Origin: Mobula hypostoma
Taxonomy: Eukaryota
Direction: 5' to 3'
Assembly (NCBI RefSeq): GCF_963921235.1
Contig: NC_086098.1
Location: 237,770,001 to 237,834,000, forward strand
DNA length: 64,000 nt
Under the pieces are notes generated by a model. It made no database searches. It had not been told where the DNA came from and was given only the letters and a program-made list of their open reading frames with translations. Shown one piece after another: positions 51,030-64,000 of the stretch (positions are counted from its first letter, which is position 1; each line of letters starts with the position of its first letter). The translations under genes were made by a program, and so were the position numbers.

Positions 51030-53440
51030 TGGATTTAAAGCTTACTGAAATAAATAAGTCTGAACACGTTTAAAACTAGTATCCATGGTTGCCTCGCGTA
51101 GATCACACCTAGTTTACTGACGAATCCGGAGTAAATGTGACATTATTGTTTCTTCTAGACTGTCACCTCGGACCCAGAAAGATATCGCAGGTGTTCAAAT
51201 GCGCCCATGAAATTAACTCAGTCCCACTAAATCAGGGACAATGGGCTGGTGCATTCCGGGTTGTACGGGTACGTGCTAAGTGACACACTGAAGTTGGAGC
51301 AGTTACTACAAGAGCTCGGAAGGGGAGGACCACAGTGTAGGACTCTACCGTCACTGGAGAGAGGGCCCGTAATGGATGAGTAAGCACCTCACTTTATCAG
51401 TAGTATACGCTCCCCCCCACCACCCCCCCCCCCCCGCCACCAGGGAGCCACATAAGTGCCCACAGTCCCATTAGTTTTAAAGGAATGAAATGGAGCAGTA
51501 TTTAAAGCATTGATTAGGAATGTAAGAATGAAAAATTATTGGCCAGTTTATTCTTCTATTTTTGTATTTACGAGTAAAGTTTATTTTGATAAAAATAATA
51601 TTCGCCTAATTAACCAGCAGTCTCTGGTGAGCTGTAGGCATACAGTGAATGGTATCGAAATATCCAGATCTAACACACGGAGTCACTGGGCAGAATGCAC
51701 GGAGGATAAGAAATAAGGTGGATGATCTTGTTACACGATCACAGATTGTCAGGTATGATGTTGAGGCTATCACTGAAATCGTGGCTGGAAGATTGTTGTA
51801 GTTGGGAGCTGAATGTTCAAGGTTACATGTGTAACGTGGGGATAGGAAAGTAGGCAGAGGAGGTGTTGTGGTTCCACTTGTAAAGAATGGCATCAAATCA
51901 GTAGAACGATGTGGAATAGGATCGGAAGATGTTGAATCCTTGTGGGATGTGTTAAGTAACTGTAAGGGCAAAAGGACCCTAATGGCAGTTATATGCAAGT
52001 CCTCCCAACATTAGCTGGGATGTGGACCACAGACTACAACGAGAAATCGAAAAGGCGTGTCAAAAGTAATAACCGTGAGAGATTTCAATATGCACATCGA
52101 TTGGGAAAATCAAGTTGGTAATGGTTCTCAAGAGAGAGAGTTTGTTGCATGCATAGGAGATGGCGTTTTAGAGCGTTTGCTGTTGAGCCTTCGAAGGGAT
52201 CAGCTTTCCTGGATTGGGTGTTATGTAATAAACTGGAGGTGATAAGGGAGCTTAAGGTAAAGGAATCCTTAGAAGACAGATATGACACTATGATTGAATT
52301 CAACTTAAAATTTGATAGGTAGAAAGTAAGGTCTGACGTAACACTATTTCAGTGGAGTAAAGGAAATGTCAATGGTATGAGAGAGGAGTTGACCGAAGGA
52401 AGTTGGAAGGAGATGCCAGCAGGGCAGCAATGGCTGAGATTCTGGGGAAAATGAGGAAGTTGTAGGATAGATGCCACGAAGACGCAAGGTCAAATGCCCT
52501 CTCGCCAAGTATGGCTTTCAAATTTACTGAAATAAGTAAATCTGCAAACGTTTAAAAATGGAATCCATGGTTGCCTTGCGTAGATCCCACCTAGTTACTG
52601 ATGATTCAGGATTAAATCTAACATCCTTGTTTCATCTAGTCTGTCCCCTCGGACCCAGAAGATGCTGGTGTTCAAATGCCCCCATGAAATTAACTCAGTC
52701 CCAGTAAATCGCGAATAATGAGCTGGTGCATTCCGGGTTGCAGAGGTACATGCTAATTGACACACTGAATATGGAGCAGTTACCACAAGGGCTCGGAAGG
52801 GGAGGACATCACTGTAAGGTTCCACCGCTACTGGAGACAGGACCCGGATTGGATGAGTAAGCCTCTCACGTTTTAATAGTGTACCACCCCCAGGGGGCCA
52901 CATCAGGGCCCACAGTCCAATTGGTTTTAAAGGATTGTAATAGAACAATACTGAAAACATTGATTAAGAAGTGAGAATGGAAAGCTATTTGACGGTTTTC
53001 TTTTTTTTTATTTACTGGTAAAGTTTATTCTGAGAATAATAATATTCGCCTAATCAGCCAGCAGCCTCACGTGAGATATAGGCATACAGTGAATGATATG
53101 AAATATCCAGGATTCACTGGAGCACAATGCACGGAGGATAAGAAATAAGGTGGATGATCTTGTTGCACTATTGCAGACCGTCAGGTATGATGTTGTGGCC
53201 ATCACTGAAATCGTGGCTGAGGAATGATTGTAGTTGGGAGATGAATGTCCAGGCTTACACGTTGTATCGGAGGGATAAGAATGTAGGCAGAGGAGGTGAC
53301 GTGGCTCCGCTTGTAAACAATGGCATCAAATCAGTAGAAAGATGTGACATAGGATCGGAAGAACTTGAATTCTTCTGGGATGTGTTCAGCAACTGTAAGA
53401 TTAAAAGGGCCCTGAGAGCAGCTATATACAAGGGTGATTG
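51030..53440 (+). repeat. Local direct duplication (about 51030-52000 and 52510-53440) containing CR1 endonuclease remnants
   Basis: Collinear blocks, e.g. ttactgaaataa...tccatggttgcct...gaaatatccag...aaataaggtggatgatcttgtt in both copies. Confidence 0.85.
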
Positions 53441-53920
53441 ATAAGTTCGTAGCCTAAGGTAGAAGGAGTCAATTTTAGAAAACCTAGTACATTTATTTTT
53501 CAACATAGTCCCCTTCTACAGCGGTCGTGGAGCATACCGATCCCTTCTTTGGACCTCGAGAGAGTGGCCACAGCAGGGCTGATTGATAAATTCCTAGCCT
53601 AAGGTAGAAGGAGATAAATTATTAGCTTCAAACTTTCTGCATAATCACGCAAACAGTTGAACTGCAAGTGAGTTTTATAACTCATCTCCTTCACCTTAGG
53701 CCTGAGAAACTATACTATCGAGCCAACTGACTCTGAAAGCTGGCGGTATTCGTTTAGTTCTTACTTGCTCTTTTCAGACGCAGTGTCGTTTTCCATTTGA
53801 GTGTTTTAGTCATCGGCCCTGTTTGGTCTAGCGTTTATTGTTTTCTTTTCCCTTTAACATTGTTCGCATTACAGTCTGTGAGCTGTCGACATCTTTCAGT
53901 GTCTCTCACTCCGCACTTGG
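53427..53920. mobile_element. Mariner-like DNA transposon remnant
   Basis: TA followed by caagggtgattgataagttcgtagcctaaggtagaaggag, repeated at about 53580. Confidence 0.5.
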
Positions 53921-54255
53921 GCCATATCCGAACCAGGTGACACCCAGAATAGAATCCCTGGTGAGCCCTGTCCGAAATGGCAAGCAAACCTCTCAATTAG
54001 TGGTTAACTGTGAATAGATAGATAAACTAATTTGCCGGCTAAACATCCTTTTCATGAATACAGGATAGGTCTTCCGAATTTGACCAGGTTAACGTCGGTT
54101 TGCCTTCTGGTGTTCCCTTAGATGTTGTTCAGATACCTTAACCAATGAATACAAACCAAATTCACAGCGTACGTTTAAATTGCAGGCAATGTGTTTAATT
54201 TCTACTTCCTTCTATTATGTAGTAGATAATTTCAAGTAACTGATGATAATTCCAG

Positions 54256-55964
54256 TTGCAAAACCCAAGTTTTTTTCTCCGAATCCGGCTGTAATGATGG
54301 TTGATGTCGGTCAGACGGTTGAACTATCCTGTGAACACATGCAGAGATTGGAAATTGCGAGCAATATCCTCTGGTACAAACAGCGTGCGACCGAAACCCC
54401 GGTAACGATCAAATTCACTGACCGCCGATAGACCGGCCGTAGGACTACTTACAAAAAACGCTGCTGCAATCGCACATCAGTGCTGGAAATCCGGGACGTC
54501 CATGTGGAGGATTTGGGTTTCTACTATTGTGCTGGAATGAGCAGCTACCCGCCGCTTGTGAAAGGACAGACACTCCTTGATAGAGGTAAGAGAACTTGCA
54601 GTGGGATCATATTCAGCCATGCACTTCTGTTGAAGCTGCGGTTAACGGTGTCCCAATCTCTGTCCAGACAGCTCCACTAAACGGACCTACATCCGGTATT
54701 TGTAACGCCTTCTGAGAATGATGGGCCGGTTCCCCTGTTGAGTCTTGTCGGCGGCTTTTCTTCCATCCAAATTGTCATTTGCTGGACCATATCCAGACTC
54801 ATCATGAAAGGATGGAGCGATCCCGGCACGCTTGACCCTGAGCAGAGCTATAGTGTTAGAAGTAAAGGGATGATCCCATTGGAAACCTGGAGGAGCGGCG
54901 GAAACTACACCTGTATTGCGCAACTTGGGGATTCGGACAAAACGAGCATCAAGAGCGTGTCCCATCATACAATTGAATCAGATCAAGGTGAGACGACGTT
55001 TTGCACATGAAATATTGACACTCAGATGTGATGGAATAGCAGAGCAGACTAGATGGGCTGAATGGCCTAATTCTGCTCCTATGACTTATGGCGTTATGTC
55101 AGCTGGAGTAATTCGCTGTCATAAACGTCACAGTTAATATTTATTTGTATTTATCCATTTTAAGGGTCTGCTTATCTTCAGCAACACCACTATTGTCCTC
55201 TCAATCCAAATAGCCCTTTGAGCAGCTGGAGGTGAACCTTTTCTGAAATGTCTGATGTCCGTGATGTTCTTCCCGTGCAGTTGAGAGAGGTTTTCAGGAA
55301 ATAGACAAGGTCACGATGACAGAAATACGCTGTGTTTCTAAGTTGGGATGGTGAACCAGGAAATGATTGCAATGGGTAAGGGTGACTTCGAGGAAAGCGG
55401 GGAAACTGTCTTAGGGGCCGGATGGCTTCATGAGCAGTTTCATTCGATGAGTGATTCTTCAGTTGGCGTTGTCATGGGGCTCTAGTTGTACATTATAGTT
55501 TCAGGATCAAGGGTCAAATGTATTCGCCATATACATTTACATTTATTAGGAATTCGCTGCAGTGAGCTCGTCAGGGCTCGACGTGCAACAGAAGAAAAAA
55601 GCGTTCAACAAGTAGATATAAATAATTAAAAGAACGTTCACTGATGGTATCCTTAGCTGTTAGAACTTCACTGGTGTGTAGAGTAATTGCCTGCACAGCT
55701 TGAATCCAGCACAATCCTTGACGAGATCGGTTTAATTCTTTTACTCTCGCTTCCTCTTTAGAACTAGTGTATATCTGTTTCGAATGATTCGCATGACAGC
55801 CAAATGAAAGCCAGATTGAAACGTAGTTGGAGGCTTTCATTTCACCAAGCAACAATTCTCTTTCTCTGGGCTGGTGTCTTCCCAGAGCGATCTTTCTTGG
55901 GCTCTTTGTCTTCCTGGTTATCTTCATTTTGACTTGGATCTCTAACCTAAAGAGCGTAGGTCAG
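54256..55964 (+). pseudogene. Pseudogene copy of gene A (V 54256-54585, C1 54668-54987, TM 55870-55964)
   Basis: Clear homology to gene A exons and introns. In-frame TAG at 54429-31, 1-nt deletion early in C1, first C1 Cys TGT>AGT, TM acceptor AG>GG, TM exon 95 nt instead of 90. No leader or tail exons found. Confidence 0.9.
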
Positions 55965-56849
55965 GTGAGGGTTCGCTTTTTCCTGGCATATCCATATATC
56001 TATGAATAGTTACCGCCGTACATTTTTGAGGCTCTGTGTTATAATTGCAGCCAATGAGTTTAGAAGAGAGGTCACAGAGATTAGTTGTGGCTGGGAAGTG
56101 GGCGAATTAGACTGAAATCCTGACGGGGTGGGAGGGGGGATGTTTGAAGGCCTGGAACACGTGTTTCCCGCTATTAGTGGCGTCTCTGTGTATATTGCTT
56201 ATACTATTATTGTTGCTCTATTTATTCCAAGCTCAAACTGGTAAAACCTGAGACACGGACATAGCCAGGCACATTTATTTCTCAATTGCTAGGAAATTTC
56301 TAGAGGTATTTTGTATTGTCGCTTTCTGGGGATTTATAAAATATTCCTATGTAGGCCTAATTGGTTAATCCTATTGTGTTGTGACTGTGGGATTGGATAG
56401 CTGCAGATATTACTATTGGGACAGTTTTACTATCGAGATCTGCTCACTTTTATTATTTTCTCAGCTCATGCTGGTAAAATATAAGGCACGGGCATAGTCA
56501 AGCACGCCTATTTCTCAATGTTGAAATGTTCTATAGACTTACATTTTTCTCTTTTACTTCAGCAAACGTCTCATGATTTTCACTTACTAATTTCTGTCTG
56601 TTATATTAGCTTGGAATGGCTCATTTGTTTATTTGTCCTATAATATTGCATCCAGTCGGTTATTAAGGATCGGCCTATCAGTAATAAAGGATCGGTCAGC
56701 ATATAGTGATACACATAAAATGCTAGAGTAACTCAACAGGCCGGGCACCATCTTTCGAAAAGACAAAACAGTCGAGACCCCTCATCAGCATTTTATGTGT
56801 ATTACTTTGATTTCCAGCATTTGCAGATTTTCTATTGTTCGGTCGTTAT

Positions 56850-57720
56850 ATAACTTGAACGGATTCGACTCTAAAACTGAACCAGGTTTGCATTTATGGT
56901 AAGGTACAGTGTTTTTTATGAGTTTGGTTTCTGGAGCGAGATTTTGGTGAATGATGTTTGCTTGTTGATTGTGCCTGGTTAAGACTGTGTTAAGCTGCTG
57001 CAGAAACCTGTGGAGTGTTAGAATATTCCTGGTTTCTCTTGGCATAGTTGGCATTTATGCCACGAAGAACTCCTCTGTTTCTGGGAAGCGATCTTTAACT
57101 TCCAGCCAGGCATTCGACGATTCTTTTTCGACGTCTAGTCTGCTCCGATCGTGGGAAGTGTTCCATGGAGGTTCATGCTCTTAAACTGGTTAACCTTTTC
57201 TTCTGTGCTGATAATTTCCCTATCTTTCTGGGTTGTGTTTTCCTTCAAGTTTAGTTGTTTGTACTACTTATCAGTATTGCATATGCTAGCGTGGAGTACT
57301 GAATCCTCTTTTCGTTGATGAAAGTATACTCTTAGAAGTTATATCTAATTGTTCTGTATTTTACTGTCTGTTATTACTCTTCCTCATTCTGTCCAAGGTA
57401 GTGTTCGTGTAAGTTCGTTCAAGCATTCGTATTGTTTTCGGAGATTTGCCATTTCAGATCTTATTTTTCTTCATAACTTTTCCAGATCGGTTTCGAACCA
57501 AGATATTCTACCAAATGAATAAGTTAGTACGGGTACGGCGAAAGAGTTGAATGCTACTGTCATATTTTTACTTTGGGTGGTAGGGTGGACATACATCTCG
57601 ACCAAAGGAGGTTTAAGGTGCTCTTTCCCTCCTCCAGCTTGCAGGTCAGCTTTGAGCAAGATATAGCACCTGCTTAGGCCCGAATAAGTGTTAAGTGAAG
57701 CCATCAGCTTGTGGATCATA
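56850..57720 (-). mobile_element. R4/Dong-like RLE LINE fragment
   Basis: SKNMTVAFNSFAVPVLTYSFGRISW; RHNQQANIIHQNLA...LYNDRTI. Confidence 0.75.
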
Positions 57721-57949
57721 GTATGAGCAGCTGGTGCATATCAGGAGTCGTGTTTATGTGACCATTTACGCCAGGCAGACAATCTCTGAAGAGTATCGAT
57801 AACGGCGGGGTGAGATACGGCATGACAGTTTTTACTGTTGAGATCTTATCACTATTTTTTTCTCAGCTCAACCTGTTAAGATACGAGGTACGGGCGGAGC
57901 CAAGCACGCCCATTTCTCAATGTGGAGTTTGGTATTGTGGCATAAATGT

Positions 57950-58600
57950 TGTTTTGTATGCTTAATTTTTAATGCATTTGTGTCGTCGTCGAGACTATCC
58001 CTCGAGGTCGAGGATGATGGTCTTCGTTCTGTTGATCTACTCATGGGCTCTCAAGTGGTTTATGAGTCCAATCTTGGTTTTGAATGTTCTTCCGCGTTCA
58101 GGACAGGTAGCTCCAGATGGCAGATTGGGCTTTGGTTGTTGCTGCCTCTCTTTCCATTTTCTTCTCTTTTCTTCTAATTCTGCACATCTGTTGCCGTCGA
58201 AAGTTGATGTTCCTTCTCGGATTATGGCTTGCCAGAGATTCATGTCCGTGCCTTTGGTTTCCCAATTGTTGATGTAGATGTTATGTTTCTTCATGTTGGA
58301 TTTGAATCTCTTCTGTTGTCCGCCTCTTTTACGTTTGCCTTTTTTTAACTTGAGAGTAGAAGGTTTGTTTCGGCAGACGTTCGTCTTTCATCCGACCGCT
58401 CATTCTTAGTTGGTTCTTGATGACGTAGGCATCAATGCATGTTGTTTTTGCTTCATTTAGCACGCTGATGTAGGTTCTTCTATCTTCCCAGCTGATATTT
58501 AAGATGTTTCGAAGACAGCGTTGATGGAATATCTCAAGTGCCTTCAAATGCCGTCGGTATTTTGCCCAAGGTGTTTTCCATTTCTGCTGGTTCTCTAACC
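57950..58600 (-). mobile_element. RTE (BovB-like) LINE 3' fragment
   Basis: LEIFHQRCLRNILNISWEDR...DERLPKQ; C-terminal GRTFKTKIGLINHLRAH. Confidence 0.85.
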
Positions 58601-58619
58601 CGTCACAGTGTACGTGACA

Positions 58620-60900
58620 GGTAAGAATAAATTTACCGCACCTCCCCTCTCGAGTAATCTACGCTCCTCATTCTACCTTCTCGGATTATCGACAATCGGT
58701 AGTTAAACAAAACATGGAACATAGAGCATAGAAGAATCTATGTTTACTGTTACACGGTAACAGGCCCTTCAGCCCATAATATTGTGCCGAACCAATTACA
58801 TTAATAATTAGCTACCCATCTAATCACTTCTGACTACATAATAGCTATTTTCATCACATCCATACGCCTATCTAAACGGCTCTTAAAAGTCCTAAATGTG
58901 TCTACCACTACCACCACCCCAGCGCATTCCAGGCTCCCACCACCATCTGTGTAAAATCCTGCTCTTCATATCTCCACTGAAATTAGCCCCTTTTCACCTT
59001 GAAATGTATGACCTCCAGTGTTGGAAACTCCTTATTTGTTCTACCAAATTGTTTTTTATGCCTTCTGAATTAGCTGCCCAAACTCTTTTCCGCACGACAT
59101 TCGGGTCGCTGAACTTGCAGTAGGTGAGAGAGCTGAAAGACCGCCAATCATCTCATCGTTCGTTACCGAGTTAAACTCTGGGTGTTAATTGCAGGCGCGT
59201 GTCCATCGCTTTGTAAGGTCGACGCAAGGGATGGGGGAGATCCTATGCAATTGATGAAAATCAAACGCAATGCTTATTAATAAATGTTTGGTTGTATTGG
59301 AAACAGGCAGAGGCGCGCTGCGGGTTTTCTGTTTTCTCGGAGCCAGGTACACATAGATGGAACGTGGTTTGCAAACGCATAAAAATACACGTCTACCAGC
59401 TTTAGTCAGATCACACTTGGAGTACTTTACACAGTGCTGAACCTCGGGTGTGAGACAGTGGGCAGAAGTCTGATTAGATTTATCAGCAGTCCTAATGATA
59501 CCAGGAAATCTTCCTCCAGAGAAGAAAGATGAGTGGGTTGTGTTGGTGGCGAACTCATCGGGATTAATTTTAATGTTGAAAGTGTTCGATAGGGTGGGTG
59601 TGCAGATGTTTCCAGGTAGCAATGGTTATGTTGGAACAGGGCGAGGGGCAACGGAAGCCGAAGCTAGTGGACATCGGTTAAAATATAAAAGCAAGGATGC
59701 AATACTGAGGCTTTGTAACGCAATGGACAAACATCACCTGGAGTACTGTGAGTAGATTTGAGCACCCACATCTAGGAAAGACTGTGTTGGCATTGGAGAT
59801 GGTCCGGAGGAGCTTCACGAGAATGATTCCACGAATGAATAAGTTAACATATGAGGAGCGTTGATAGATATGGGCCTGTATTCTTGCTGAAGATAAGAAA
59901 ACTGAGGGGTGGATCACATTGAAACTTGTGGAGTATTGTAAGGCCTAAATAGAGAGGATGTTTTTAAGAATGGGGTAGGCTATGACCAGAGGGGGCAACC
60001 TCAGAAAAGAGGGGTGTGCCTTTAGACCAGAAATGAGGTGGAATTTCTTTAGCCAGAGTGTCGTGAGTCTTTGGAATCCATTGCTGTAGGCGGCTGCAGA
60101 GACCGAGTCATTGGGTATACTTAGAGCGACTATTTATGGGTTCTTGACTCGGAAGGGTTTCAAAGGTTAAGGAGGGAAGACAGAGAATGGGTTTGAGGGG
60201 AAAATAATATCAGCCATGATGGAATGACGTAAAATTTTCTGGGCAGAATACCCTAATCTTGCTCCTGTTTCTTATGGTCTGAAAAGCGACTCAATAAGGA
60301 AGGAAAGTCAGGAAAAGTCATTCCAAGGGAGCTTATCAACTCCCTTCCCAACGAGTTTTATCGATGACGAACTCACCCTTCCATCATGTTCCGCACCTCT
60401 TGCGCGCCTTTCCAAACACAACGGAGTGTTTTTGTAATCGACCTATATGTACACAGAAAGCTTCCACAAATCGGCAATGTACTGTTGACTGGTCTTGATG
60501 GGTCAGTTTTTCTTGTTTTCAGTGTAGTGGCAATGGATAGACGGTCGGCAGTTTAACTTCTCGCCAGAAGACGGCACAGTGGGCACAGCGGCATCCTTCC
60601 TCTCAGGATTCCTTCTGGATAGTTACGTAGAAATTGAAGTTAAATAAAGCTGGGTACGCAGGTGAAGAGGACGGTGTGAAGTGTGGATGAGAGTGGAGGG
60701 AAGAGGAAGTTATGGAGGGAGTGGCCAGCGATGAATAGGAGTTGTACTGATGTAATGAAATGATCTGTATACATGAGTCGCAGGAAAAGGTAAATTTTCA
60801 CTGTTCGTCGTTACAATTATAAACCAATTATATGGCGTGTACGATTGCACTAATTGGATCGATTGTTTTGGTGGAAAAGCTCATCATATGAACAGCTAAG
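58620..60900 (-). pseudogene. Duplicated gene B upstream, leader and intron-1 segment, degenerate
   Basis: Collinear with 47030-48600. Leader at about 59156-59114 reads ATG AGA TGA with a mutated donor. CR1 insertion at about 59680-60280. Confidence 0.8.
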
Positions 60901-61109
60901 GACATGTGCAGGACCCTGCTGAAGGGTTTCGGCACGAAACATCGACTGTACTCTTTTCCATGGATGCGGCCTGGCCTGCTGTGCTCCTCCAGCAGATGCT
61001 GTGTGTCTGCTGAATTCCTCCATCATCTTATGTGTGTGTTACCAGCCTTTGCAGATTCTCTTGTGTTGGAGACTGTATTTTTTCCGGGCAAATATGTGTG
61101 GTTTTACAC

Positions 61110-63430
61110 TGCAGGTAGGGAGGTGAGAGGCCCCTTGGGTAAGAGTGACCATAATATGGTGGAATTCTTCATTAAGATGGAGAGTGACATAGTTAATTCA
61201 GAAACAAAGGTTCTGAACTTAAAGAGGGGTAACTTTGAAGGTATGAGACGTGAATTAGCTAAGATAGACTGGCAAATGACACTTAAAGGATTGACGGTGG
61301 ATATGCAATGGCAAGCATTTAAAGGTTGCATGGATGAACTACAATAATTGTTCATCCCAGTTTGGCAAAAGAATAAATCAAGGAAGGTAGTGCACCCGTG
61401 GCTGACAAAAGAAATTAGGGATAGTATCAATTCCTAAGAAGAAGCATACAAATTAGCCAGAGAAAGTGGCTCACCTGAGGACTGGGAGAAATTCAGAGTT
61501 CAGCAGAGGAGGACAAAGGGCTTAATTAGGAAGGGGGAAAAAGATTATGAGAGAAAACTGGCAGGGAACATAAAAACTGACTGTAAAAGCTTTTATAGAT
61601 ATGTAAAAAGGAAAGACTGGTAAAGACAAATGTAGGTCCCCTGCAGACAGAAACAGGTGAATTGAATATGGGGAGCAAGGACATGGCAGACCAATTGAAT
61701 AATTACTTTGGTTCTGTCTTCACTAAGGAGGACATAAATAATCTTCCAGAAATAGTAGGGGACAGAGGGTCCAGTGAGATGGAGGAACTGAGCGAAATAC
61801 ATGTTAGTAGGGAAGTGGTGTTAGGTAAATTGAAGGGATTGAAGGCAGATAAAACCCCAGGGCCAGATGGTCTGCATCCTAGAGTGCTTAAGGAAGTAGC
61901 CCAAGAAATAGTGGATGCATTAGAGATAATTTTTCAAAACTCGTTAGATTCTGGACTAGTTCCTGAGGATTGGAGGGTGGCTAATGTAACTCCACTTTTT
62001 AAAAAAGGAGGGAGAGAGAAACCTGGGAATTATAGACCGGTTAGCCTAACGTCGGTGGGGGGGAAGCTGCTGGAGTCAGTTATCAAGGATGTGATAACAG
62101 CACATTTGGAAAGCGATGAAATGATCGGACAAAGTCAGCATGGATTTGTGAAAGGAAAATCATGTCTGACGAATCTCATAGAATTTTTTGAGGATGTAAC
62201 TAGTAGAGTGGATGGGGAGAACCAGTGGATGTGGTATATTTGGATTTTCAAAAGGCTTTTGACAAGGTCCCACACAGGAGATTAGTGTGCAAACTTAAAG
62301 CACACGGTATTGGGGGTAAAGTATTGGTGTGGGTGGAGAATTGGTTAGCAGACAGGAAGCAAAGAGTGGGAATAAACGGGACCTTTTCAGAATGGCAGGC
62401 GGTGACTAGTGGGGTACCGCAAGGCTGAGTGCTGGGACCCCAGTTGTTTGCAATATATATTAATGACTTGGGTGAGGTAATTAAATGCAGCATCTCCAAG
62501 TTTGCGGATGACACGAAGCTGGGTAGCAGTGTTAGCTGTGAGGAGGATGCTAAGAGGATGCAGGGTGACTTGGATAGGTTGGGTGAGTGGGCAAATTCAT
62601 GGCAGATGCAATTTAAGGTGGATAAATATGAAGTTATCCACTTTGGTGGCAAAAATAGGAAAACAGATTATTATCTGAATGGTGGCCGATTAGGAAAAGG
62701 GGAGGTGCAACGAGACCTGGGTGTCATTATACACCAGTCATTGAAAGTGGGCATGCAGGTACAGCAGACGGTGAAAAAGGCAAATAGTATGCTGGCAGTT
62801 ATAGCGAGAGGATTCGAGTACAGGAGCAGGGAGGTACTACTGCAGTTGTATAAGGCCTTGGTGAGACCACACCTGTAGTATTGTGTGCAGTTTTGGTCCC
62901 CTAATCTTAGGAAAGACATCCTTGCCATAGAGAGAGTACAAAGAAGGTTCACCAGATTGATTCCTGGGATGGCAGGACTTTCATATGAAGAAAGACTGGA
63001 TGAACTGGGCTTGTACTCGTTGGAATTTAGAAGATTGAGGGGGGATCTGATTGAAACGTATAAGATCATAAAGGGATTGGACAGGCTAGATGCAAGAAGA
63101 TTGTTCCCGATGTTGGGGAAGTCCAGAACGAGGGGCCACAGTTTGAGGATAAAGGGGAAGCCTTTTAGGACCGAGATTAGGAAAAACTTCTTCACACAGA
63201 GAGTGGTGAATCTTTTGAATTCTCTGCCACAGGAAACAGTTGAGGCCAGTTCATTGGCTATATTTAAGAGGGCGTTAGATATGGCCCTTGTGGCTACGGG
63301 GGTCAGGGGGTATGGAGGGAAGGCTGGGGCGGGGTTCTGAGTTGGATGATCAGCCATGATCATAATAAATGGCGGTGCAGGCTCGAAGGGCCGAATGGCC
63401 TACTCCTGCACCTATTTTCTATGTCTCTAT
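61110..63430 (+). mobile_element. CR1 (subfamily A), about 2.3 kb, 5'-truncated
   Basis: ORFs 61662, 62225, 62429 and 62885 give a continuous ORF2 with a few stops; very similar to 20110-21720. Confidence 0.97.
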
Positions 63431-64000
63431 GTTTCTATGTGATCAAATATAAGGGGAAACTATACCGCTTACGTCAGGACACATATAATCTTAACTGTAC
63501 AGCGGGATCATGGGTTCGAAGTCCTGAAATCTTTGGAAGTACCCACACTTGTAGATAAGGTGGTAAGTAATGCATATGTAATTCGCGCCTTTATAGGTCG
63601 GAGCATTGAGAATCTGAGTCGGGTGACATGTTGCAGCTGTATTAAAGTTTGGTTAAGCTGCTAAATATATTGTGCGCATTTCCGGCGCCCCGTTTCAAGC
63701 AGGATCCGGAGATTTTGGAAAGGGCGCAGAGAAAGTTTGCCAGTGTTCCGCCTGGATTAGACGGCATGAGCTATATGGAGAGGATAGATATTTTATTTGT
63801 TTTCTCAGGAGAGTCTGTAGGTGAGAGACGACCCGCTCAAAACTTGAAAGATAGTGAGAGGCCGAGACCTGATAAAACGCAGCATGAGATTGCCTAATGC
63901 TAGGGGATTTAAGATGAGATTGAAGGAAGTTTAAATGAGATATGTAGGGCTAGCTTTTTACACATAGAGTGAGGGGTGCCTTATACGGGCTGTCGGAGGA

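Noticed and set aside
62671-63363. Long antisense ORFs (also 62248..62652 and 20584..20940)
   Set aside because: Antisense shadows of CR1 ORF2.

Overview
Eukaryotic, repeat-rich vertebrate DNA. The repeat set (CR1, Rex1/Babar, Penelope-like, R4/Dong-like, RTE, Tc1/mariner) suggests a cartilaginous fish, probably a ray; this is an inference. It contains a small cluster of non-rearranging immunoglobulin-superfamily receptor genes with antigen-receptor-like leader-V-C1-TM-cytoplasmic structure. Two genes could be spliced by hand into complete, phase-consistent ORFs. Gene A (+, 5385-11237, 6 exons, 300 aa) ends in a canonical ITIM (IVYASL). Gene B (-, 47552-33681, 6 exons, 290 aa) has a germline-joined J motif (FGNGSKLVV) in its V exon and a terminal YAQL motif. 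There is also a disabled copy of A (+, 54256-55964) and up to three relic B-type promoter/leader modules on the minus strand (about 3.3, 24.7 and 59.1 kb). B-type and A-type units tend to sit head-to-head. Both intact chains carry a juxtamembrane Cys, which raises the hypothesis of a TCR-like, germline-encoded inhibitory dimer. No rRNA, tRNA or CRISPR array was found. TE boundaries are approximate.
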